Shown here one piece after another: positions 56,947 to 64,000 of a DNA stretch of 64,000 bases. The notes beneath the pieces were generated by a model that was given only the letters and a program-made list of their open reading frames with translations, made no database searches and had not been told where the DNA came from. Origin of the DNA: a virus (taxonomy: Duplodnaviria > Caudoviricetes); IMG/VR virus record IMGVR_UViG_3300025676_000004, positions 70,817 through 134,816 of that record; one strand, written 5' to 3'. The number at the start of each line of letters is the position of its first letter. Positions within the stretch are counted from its first letter, which is position 1. Position numbers and translations under genes: made by a program.

Positions 56947-59289
56947 ATGAGTCAGAAACCCACTATCAAAGTCAACACTGCCAGCAAGGATATCCTTGCT
57001 CGTGCTATGGCGATGGAAGACATTAATGTTATCCATCGTGCTGATGCTCCATCTGCATATTTCGATACTAAGAATCGCACCCTGTGCCTGCCCGTCTGGA
57101 AAGAGATGGACAGTTCTGTATATGATATGCTCGTAGGTCACGAAGTGTCCCATGCTCTGCATACGCCTGCTGAAGGTTGGCAAGACTTTGTTGGTAAGGG
57201 TAAACTTTCGGGTATGCGACATATGTTCTTGAACATTGTCGAAGATGCTCGCATTGAGCGATTGATTAAGGATAAATTTCCTGGCCTTCGCCGTGACTTT
57301 GCTAACGCATATAAATCATTGAATGCTCAAGACTTGTTCGAGTTGAAAAACCGAACGATTAACCTTGAAACGCCATTAATTGACCGCTTGAATCTTGAGT
57401 TTAAACTCGGTTTGTTCGGTTTGCTTGATGTTCCCTTCTCTGACGAAGAGAAGCAATATGTTACTCGTATGAGCGAAACCGAAACCTTTGAGGAAGTCAT
57501 CGTACTTGCTGAAGATTTGTTCGGTAAGCACCAAGATGAGAATCCTGAACCAGAGCAAGATGAAAATGGCGAATCGCAATCTGCATCGGGTGACGGTGAC
57601 GAGGGTGACGATTCTGGTGCTGAATCTGGTGCTGACCAGCAAGACTCGGACGACCAAGACGGTGGTTCTGGTAGTTCTGCTATGGGCGAAGAGGAATCTG
57701 ATGAAGATTCTGATTCACAGGGTGCCGGTGACGGCGAATCCAATGGTGATGATGCTGGCGATTCGATGGAAGATGATACCGATGATGGTGAATCTGCTGA
57801 ATCGAGTCAAACCGGCGAATCTTCTGACGGTGAAGGCGATGATGACCTTTCATATGAGGCATATGAAAATGATGTCAATTCTGCCGGTTCGACCCAACGC
57901 AACTATGAATCCAATATTGAACAATTCCGTGATGATGAGGCTTCTTCGCCTACTTATCACTCGCTTCCTGATATGCATCTTGACAATATCATCGTGACCC
58001 CTAAGCAAATTGCTGAAGAGTGGGATATGCACGAAGCAACAGATAATTTTGAACGATACTCAAGGGACCACGCCGAAGCAATCGCCGATTTGACTTCGTT
58101 CTTGAACGGTTCAAAAGCAGTTGTGAATCATATGGTTCAACAGTTCCAAATGAAACAAGCCGCTGATTCGGATAAACGAACGAACATCGCCAAAACTGGT
58201 ATTCTTGATACCACTACGATGATTAATTATCGTTGGAGCGAAGACATCTTCCTCAAGAATGAGGTACATAGTGACGGTAAGAGTCACGGTATCGTTATAT
58301 TCCTTGACTGGTCTGGTTCAATGTCTAGTATCCTGAATGATACTGCTGAACAACTCATGATTCTCACTGAGTTCTGTCAAAAAGTCAATATTCCTTTTGA
58401 GGTTTATGCTTTTTCAAGTAACCGATTCATCCCCGGCCTTTCAAGAGTCGACCGATGGTCAGAAGAATACCAGAGCATAGTAGATTCAGCAATTGGCGAA
58501 CAGTACACGGGAACTGATGAAGATTCTTTGAAGCCTCACGAATTTAGTCTATTCAACTTCTTGAGCAGTTCAATGAAATCAAATGAATATAAAAAAGCAC
58601 TTCGCCGATTCTGGTTGACCGTGCAAGCAAACAACTACGGTGGCCGTCAACGCCACTCAATCAGTTATCCTCGCCAGTTCGGTTTGGGAAGTACGCCACT
58701 GAATGAAGCAATTCTCTGTGCGATTGATATCATTCCTGCATTCAAAGACGCCCATAACCTTCAAATCGTGAACACTGTGTTCTTGACTGACGGTGACGGA
58801 CACGGAATGATGTATAACTCACGATACAACAACGGTAAAACAATCTTGCGTGATAATAAGACCAAGAAGACTGTGACACTGAACAGTGACCTTGGACATG
58901 ATTCTGAAACCTTCGCATTCCTTGAAATCCTCAAGCAACGCACTGGATGCAACTTGATTGGTATCCGTCTTCACGATAGCAACCATATCAAGAACCTTCG
59001 TTACCGATTCTTCGGTACAACTGGTGTTTCGGATTATGAAATGCGTGATAAAGAGTTCCAAAGTGCTGTTCAGTCTTATAAGAAGCACAATTGCTTTACT
59101 CTCGAAAACACTGCTTACGACCTCTTCGTAGTAGTTAAGGGAAATCTTGAAGTCGTCACTGATGCTCTCGAAAACCTTGATGATGATGCGAGTTACGCCA
59201 AAATCAAGAACGCATTCATGAAGGGTAACAACTCCAAGAAGACTAGTCGAGTCATCTCTTCTAAGATTATTGATGTAATCGCCGCCTGA
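56947..59289 (+). CDS. CobT-like protein: HEXXH peptidase domain, acidic linker, VWA domain
   Basis: GHEVSHALH, NIVEDARIE, D/E/S/G-rich linker, MIDAS DWSGSM, TPL, LTDG. Confidence 0.88.
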   Translation: MSQKPTIKVNTASKDILARAMAMEDINVIHRADAPSAYFDTKNRTLCLPVWKEMDSSVYDMLVGHEVSHALHTPAEGWQDFVGKGKLSGMRHMFLNIVEDARIERLIKDKFPGLRRDFANAYKSLNAQDLFELKNRTINLETPLIDRLNLEFKLGLFGLLDVPFSDEEKQYVTRMSETETFEEVIVLAEDLFGKHQDENPEPEQDENGESQSASGDGDEGDDSGAESGADQQDSDDQDGGSGSSAMGEEESDEDSDSQGAGDGESNGDDAGDSMEDDTDDGESAESSQTGESSDGEGDDDLSYEAYENDVNSAGSTQRNYESNIEQFRDDEASSPTYHSLPDMHLDNIIVTPKQIAEEWDMHEATDNFERYSRDHAEAIADLTSFLNGSKAVVNHMVQQFQMKQAADSDKRTNIAKTGILDTTTMINYRWSEDIFLKNEVHSDGKSHGIVIFLDWSGSMSSILNDTAEQLMILTEFCQKVNIPFEVYAFSSNRFIPGLSRVDRWSEEYQSIVDSAIGEQYTGTDEDSLKPHEFSLFNFLSSSMKSNEYKKALRRFWLTVQANNYGGRQRHSISYPRQFGLGSTPLNEAILCAIDIIPAFKDAHNLQIVNTVFLTDGDGHGMMYNSRYNNGKTILRDNKTKKTVTLNSDLGHDSETFAFLEILKQRTGCNLIGIRLHDSNHIKNLRYRFFGTTGVSDYEMRDKEFQSAVQSYKKHNCFTLENTAYDLFVVVKGNLEVVTDALENLDDDASYAKIKNAFMKGNNSKKTSRVISSKIIDVIAA

Positions 59290-59317
59290 CTCATACCTTG
59301 CGGTGATACACCTTGAA

Positions 59318-59348
59318 GACCCTACCAGTGATGGTGGGGTTTTCTTTT
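59318..59348 (+). terminator. Rho-independent terminator
   Basis: GACCCTACCA..TGGTGGGGTT followed by a T run. Confidence 0.75.
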
Positions 59349-59373
59349 ATAAATATTATAACTGGAGTAGTAT

Positions 59374-59679
59374 ATGGCGAAGAAAAAACAATATCCGTTA
59401 GTGGAAGTCACTTGGTATGATGCTGAAGAGCGAGGTGATGTTGGTTGGAACGATTTCAAAGAACAGTTGGCGTACGCCAAGAAACCTTTGCCGTTATTGC
59501 GGAGTGTCGGGTATGTCGTGTACAGGAATGAACATCATATTGCTTTGGTAAGTACACTTGGCGAACACCTGAGCAGTACACTTGAAAAAATACCGATGTC
59601 CTTTGTGCATATAGTGACACCCCTTTTTCACTCAAATGGCGAAAATGATACAACACATAACCCAGTAAAAAAGCATTAA
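59374..59679 (+). CDS. Conserved phage hypothetical protein
   Basis: V.W.DA....GW, SVGY, IP; TATAAATA at 59348 and GGAG RBS. Confidence 0.7.
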   Translation: MAKKKQYPLVEVTWYDAEERGDVGWNDFKEQLAYAKKPLPLLRSVGYVVYRNEHHIALVSTLGEHLSSTLEKIPMSFVHIVTPLFHSNGENDTTHNPVKKH

Positions 59680-59729
59680 ATAATAATAAAAATGGTTTAA
59701 TTCGTAAATAATGATGTTATAATATTAGT

Positions 59730-60284
59730 ATGCAAACAACCGTTCAAGAATACAAATACCTTAAACATCGCTTGAAGAAATTCAAAGACATCAATGCTCC
59801 CTTAGATATTATTGAAAAGACGAAGCATCGCCTAAAAAAACTTGAATATTGTTTACCTGCTTATTCTAAAATAAGTCTTTCACTCTATATGGAAACATTG
59901 GTTGGTGTAGATACTACCATTACATTCATTAAGGATAAGACTAATGCAAATTATTATGTTTGTGAGGGTATGTTCAAGGTCAATGGCAAGTTCTCTAATA
60001 AACATCTATACATGCAATGTCTTCCTGAAGATTTATTCGATTTGCTTATGAAAGATAAAATGGCGAATAATTGGATAAAGAAACGAATGCGTGGAATAAG
60101 TCATGTCATTAATAAAGAAGAGAAGACTAAGTTCTTGAATGATTACAGGGTGAGGGAACATAGGAAGAATCTATTGAAGAATGGCGAAAATGGTACTATC
60201 TATAAGTACAATCCCGCATTGGTCAATGAATTGAATAGGTTATTTGATTTGTTGGATGGTGTACGCATTGACATATATCAATGA
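59730..60284 (+). CDS. Hypothetical protein (leaderless)
   Basis: TATAAT at 59718, ATG 6 nt later. Confidence 0.65.
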   Translation: MQTTVQEYKYLKHRLKKFKDINAPLDIIEKTKHRLKKLEYCLPAYSKISLSLYMETLVGVDTTITFIKDKTNANYYVCEGMFKVNGKFSNKHLYMQCLPEDLFDLLMKDKMANNWIKKRMRGISHVINKEEKTKFLNDYRVREHRKNLLKNGENGTIYKYNPALVNELNRLFDLLDGVRIDIYQ

Positions 60285-61258
60285 GTTCGTAATACATTCC
60301 TACTGATTCGTGACTCAGTATTAGCAAGAATACGAATACCCGCAGGCATATCATCCTTATTCTTTGGATATTTACTTGATTTGTTTCTTGTTGAATCGTT
60401 CCTTACTAAGAACCATACTGTGCCTGTTTGTGATGGTTCAGAGATTGAATCGGTACAAGTAATAGTTAAACGATTATCTTCACCATCATATGTAAAGTCA
60501 CCTTCACGAAATGTCCTTATAACAATACAACCTTTACCTGCGAGTATATCACTACCGAATAAGACATCTTTCTTTTCTTGTGGTGTTGCTCTCATGGCGA
60601 AGTTTGGTTCAATCTTATAGACGGTATATTTCCCTCTTTTGCCTGTCTTCTCTTTGAGTGTCTTCAACTTGACTTTGCCACTCTTTATAAGTTTATCGAG
60701 TTTTCTTCTTGCTTTCTTCTTATAGTAAGTATCAGAACTTTCAAGAATATCATAATTGTCTTTCTTGAGAGAGATTGGATATTTCTTCTTGTTCTTATCA
60801 ATGAGTATAATATCTGCTTTCTTTCTACCTTTCGTATCAGCACCTACTTGCTTTGCTTCAACAATATTATCAAATTGTTTTTTATGTTTACCCTTAAAGA
60901 GTATTGATATGCCTGATGGTTGACCAATCTCTTCTATCATATCATTGATTTGTTTCACGAGATAATGCTCATTCTCTACGCCTGCTGAACCACTACCTTG
61001 CCTGCTCTTTGGTTTGACATTGATTCGTAGGTTGTTGATGATGACTGCACCAATAGATGAATCGTTATGGTTTGGCATATACTTCGCACCAATTGAATCG
61101 AATTTATGGGCAAGTTCCTCACATATAGCAATACGATGATTAGTACCACCCTCTACCAATACTCGTAATTGTGTACCCGATTGTCTTTTGAGATGGCGAT
61201 AACCATTGCTATCTAACAAACGAATAAGTTCAGTCATATTTGTTGGGATTAACGGCAT
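60278..61258 (-). CDS. Putative PD-(D/E)XK-like nuclease
   Basis: G..NE, KKADIIL......ISLKK. Confidence 0.6.
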   Translation of the reverse strand: MPLIPTNMTELIRLLDSNGYRHLKRQSGTQLRVLVEGGTNHRIAICEELAHKFDSIGAKYMPNHNDSSIGAVIINNLRINVKPKSRQGSGSAGVENEHYLVKQINDMIEEIGQPSGISILFKGKHKKQFDNIVEAKQVGADTKGRKKADIILIDKNKKKYPISLKKDNYDILESSDTYYKKKARRKLDKLIKSGKVKLKTLKEKTGKRGKYTVYKIEPNFAMRATPQEKKDVLFGSDILAGKGCIVIRTFREGDFTYDGEDNRLTITCTDSISEPSQTGTVWFLVRNDSTRNKSSKYPKNKDDMPAGIRILANTESRISRNVLRTH

Positions 61259-61263
61259 TAGAT

Positions 61264-61275
61264 TATTTATAAATA
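61264..61275. promoter_or_regulatory. Overlapping bidirectional late promoter TATTTATAAATA
   Basis: TATAAATA on both strands between divergent genes. Confidence 0.75.
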
Positions 61276-61291
61276 CCTTGAGGAGTTTTAT

Positions 61292-61732
61292 ATGTTGCAC
61301 TTTAACGATTATTTTAATATTATGGGAAGACTTGAAGAAGTTAAGGGTTTACAGGCATATTGGCAAGCACCAGAAAATGTCATTGTCGAAATGGGTGTGT
61401 GTATCGAACCAGTTACAGAATGTGACCGGTTCAAGGGCATTGAGAACATATTTGAAAATGCCAGACCAAAGCAACTCCCTTCCCGAATCAATTCATTATG
61501 TGTTGCAACCACTCCCACATTTAAGAATACACTACCCATATACGAATGCGTTATTGAAGGTAGTGTTTTTTATGCGGATTTGAGAAAATTCAATGAAGCA
61601 GTACACGCCAACGATACAGAATCTATAAATATGTGGGCAGAGAAGTATTGGGATGGCGCAAGCAACAAAAAAGATAAATATACAGAAATTATAGTAAATG
61701 GCACGGTGACTATCATTAAGGAATATAAATGA
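61292..61732 (+). CDS. DUF2441-like (ADP-ribosyltransferase-fold) protein
   Basis: E.IFE..RP...PSR..S, A.KYW.G, EI...G.V.I. Confidence 0.55.
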   Translation: MLHFNDYFNIMGRLEEVKGLQAYWQAPENVIVEMGVCIEPVTECDRFKGIENIFENARPKQLPSRINSLCVATTPTFKNTLPIYECVIEGSVFYADLRKFNEAVHANDTESINMWAEKYWDGASNKKDKYTEIIVNGTVTIIKEYK

Positions 61733-63219
61733 AATCATTCAAACAATATATTATAGAAGGTAGTACAGATTCGGCAACCGTTCAAGAAGCGGCGATTTGT
61801 ATTGCTTATAATATGAAACATAATAAATTGAGTTATGATGATGCTGCCGCTCAAGCACATATTGCACCGAAAGCATTGAAGAAGATTACTGGTGATATGA
61901 TGATTATTGCTGAGAAAGTAATAAAGCAAGTTGGCAATCTTGGTTCGTTCCTTGACCATTCTGGTAGAGGTTCAGCAGGAGTAAATCATTATGATGCGAC
62001 ACTTCATACAGGTGCATCAGATGTTACACCAAAGACAGATTTTATTGGCGATAGTGTTCACGCAATCTCATTGAAGAAGAGTGGTGGTGGCGGTGGAGCA
62101 GGCGCACAACTGATGTCTGCCAAATCTGGTGAAGCAACAGGTGTTGTACTATCAGCAATTAAGCACTTTGAGAAAAACAAAGGCAGTGTTGCTAACGACA
62201 AGACAATGCAAGAAGCATTGAAAATTCTTAGTGATGATATGAAGAAAACGGCAACAAATACCTTGAATATTGAAGTTGGTTCTGGTAAAGACAACTTTCA
62301 AGATTGGTATATCAGTAAATCACCACGCAGAACAGAACTTGATGCTCTTGGTCATAAGGCGCCTGCAATTGAGAAACACCTTAAAGGTGAATTGTCGTTA
62401 CATCGTGTAACATCCGCCAGCAAATCGGCAGAATCTTGGTTGATTAAAGGTGTTAAGAAGATTGGTGTTCGAGCATTGAAAGATATGTTTCAGGTATACA
62501 TCGAAGACGAAAAACAAAAAGCAACAGGTGCGATGGTAAGTGCCAAACACTTAACGAAAGTTGACCCAGAGAAACTTACTGATACACACCTCAAAGAACA
62601 AATTGTTGGTGTATTAGAAGTATCAATGAAAACACAATCTTGGCAAAAGAAGATTGAACAGTTCTTCAATGAAAATGAAGACTTTAAGAAGTATATGGTA
62701 TACGAAGCATCTTCTGGTATGTTTAAGTTTACAGGTAAACCAATAAGTCGTGGAAACTATAAAGGTTCTGAACCGGCAGTTGCCAAACAGATTTTGGTAT
62801 TCGATGATAATGGTGTGAAGACCTATCACCAAGACATTTGGAAATGGTCAAAAGACAATACCCATCTCGCCAATAAGATTAGCATTGCATATAAAGGTTC
62901 TGGTAGGTCGAAGTATATCAAACTTGCAATTATGGCGAGTAAAGCATATGATGAAGAACTACCAACACTCATTGAAGAATTAGATAACATCAATAAACAA
63001 ATGCTCAATGAAGGTATTCTTGGTATTCTTGGTGATATTGGTAAAGCAGTAGTCAGTGGAATTAAAAGAGCAAAAGATGCGGTAATGAATTTTATGTTTC
63101 GTGTCTTTAATAAAGCAATAGGATTATTAGAAGAGGCACTTACAATTGGTCTTGGTCACTTCTTAAACTTTACAGGTATCTCAGTACAGGGTGGATATGT
63201 ATCCACTCCAAATTGGTAG
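61729..63219 (+). CDS. Capsid-targeted protein with PD-(D/E)XK-like motif
   Basis: MKSFKQYIIE; TPKTDF......ISLKK. Confidence 0.6.
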   Translation: MKSFKQYIIEGSTDSATVQEAAICIAYNMKHNKLSYDDAAAQAHIAPKALKKITGDMMIIAEKVIKQVGNLGSFLDHSGRGSAGVNHYDATLHTGASDVTPKTDFIGDSVHAISLKKSGGGGGAGAQLMSAKSGEATGVVLSAIKHFEKNKGSVANDKTMQEALKILSDDMKKTATNTLNIEVGSGKDNFQDWYISKSPRRTELDALGHKAPAIEKHLKGELSLHRVTSASKSAESWLIKGVKKIGVRALKDMFQVYIEDEKQKATGAMVSAKHLTKVDPEKLTDTHLKEQIVGVLEVSMKTQSWQKKIEQFFNENEDFKKYMVYEASSGMFKFTGKPISRGNYKGSEPAVAKQILVFDDNGVKTYHQDIWKWSKDNTHLANKISIAYKGSGRSKYIKLAIMASKAYDEELPTLIEELDNINKQMLNEGILGILGDIGKAVVSGIKRAKDAVMNFMFRVFNKAIGLLEEALTIGLGHFLNFTGISVQGGYVSTPNW

Positions 63220-63226
63220 AAATAAT

Positions 63227-63754
63227 ATGAAATCATTTAAAGAATATATCACAGAGGTATTTGATAATCCATACAAGTGGCGCGGTGGTGGTGTTGCAAA
63301 AGGTTCAATAACACCAAACAATGATGGTATACCAGAAGATTATGTATTCAAGACATCCGATGGTGGTCTGATTGAATTGACTGCAAACCATTTTTGGATG
63401 CGTGCCGGCGAAAAAACATCATTTATGTCAGTAGCAAAAGAAGGTCATGCCGTTGGTATTGAATTTGTCAAAAGAAAATATAAGGGAACTACTAAGGATA
63501 GAAGCACCTATGGTATGACAGGCGAAGGTGATGCAATGAGAATTATGGCAACCGTGTTGGACATAATCGAGGCTATTATAAAGAAGCACGAACCCGCCAT
63601 GCTATATTTTAGTGGTGATAAAGATGACAAAGAAAAAGGTGGTCGTGTGGGTGCATATAAAGCAATAATAAAAAGGTTCGCAGGCAAGGCGGGATATGAA
63701 TCTGTAACAAAGGAATATTCAAATAAAGTAAGTTTCCAGTTGGTGAAGAAATGA
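63227..63754 (+). CDS. Capsid-targeted hypothetical protein
   Basis: MKSFKEYITE; TGEGDAMRIMATV. Confidence 0.65.
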   Translation: MKSFKEYITEVFDNPYKWRGGGVAKGSITPNNDGIPEDYVFKTSDGGLIELTANHFWMRAGEKTSFMSVAKEGHAVGIEFVKRKYKGTTKDRSTYGMTGEGDAMRIMATVLDIIEAIIKKHEPAMLYFSGDKDDKEKGGRVGAYKAIIKRFAGKAGYESVTKEYSNKVSFQLVKK

Positions 63755-64000
63755 AATCATTTAATGAGTATATCGACTGGGCAAAAGAAACAGGATACCT
63801 AAAACAAACAAGTATCACTGGTTCTGGTGGTAAGGGCGGTAGCACCGAATATGTCAAGGGCAACCGAGCAATAATTCACCACACTGACAAGAATAATCAA
63901 AAGTGGCAATCAATGATTCCTCCTGTCCAATATAAGCCTGCAAAGGATATGAGAACATTAAAGAAATATGTCCTGCAATTCAGGAAGGATGTTCTTGCAA
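63751..64000 (+). CDS. Hypothetical protein, 3'-truncated
   Basis: MKSFNEYID, open to the window end. Confidence 0.6.
   Translation, partial: MKSFNEYIDWAKETGYLKQTSITGSGGKGGSTEYVKGNRAIIHHTDKNNQKWQSMIPPVQYKPAKDMRTLKKYVLQFRKDVLA

Noticed and set aside
55225-59289. Cobalamin biosynthesis (cobS/cobT)
   Set aside because: No cobN or other cob genes; generic AAA+/VWA pairs are common in T4-like phages
239-63863. Numerous antisense and overlapping ORFs in the track
   Set aside because: Shadows of well-supported genes, with no RBS or recognisable motifs
1-64000. Stop-codon reassignment
   Set aside because: Core genes are full length in code 11, all three stops are used, and there is no suppressor tRNA

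Overview
A 64 kb segment of a large, AT-rich T4-like myophage genome, read with the standard genetic code. The host is probably a marine planctomycete (Phycisphaerae-type porin). From 1 to 30 kb (+ strand) lies the T4 replication and recombination core: gp46, RNase H, gp45, gp44, gp62, regA, gp43, uvsX, gp41, gp61, plus thyX, class II RNR and dUTPase. It is interrupted by a DNA methyltransferase, a type II glutamine synthetase, GroES, an 11-gene glycan-modification island, a PvuII-like endonuclease and an i-type lysozyme. From 30 to 42 kb are a porin with a structured leader, a protease and late/virion genes. Several of these carry a T4-type capsid-targeting N-terminus, including a nucleotidyltransferase-RimK-RimB fusion next to a KxDG ligase-like protein. 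From 42 to 56 kb (- strand) are six tRNAs, candidate structured RNAs, GMP reductase, DNA ligase and many small early genes, including a six-member paralog family. At 56.5-57 kb a divergent control region with tandem DnaA boxes separates an AAA+ ATPase from a VWA/metallopeptidase gene. Window-wide signals are near-total avoidance of AGCT and GATC (extending into tRNA D-arms) and sigma70-type promoters with a fixed 16-bp spacer that often drive leaderless mRNAs. All calls come from reading the sequence by eye; no searches were run.
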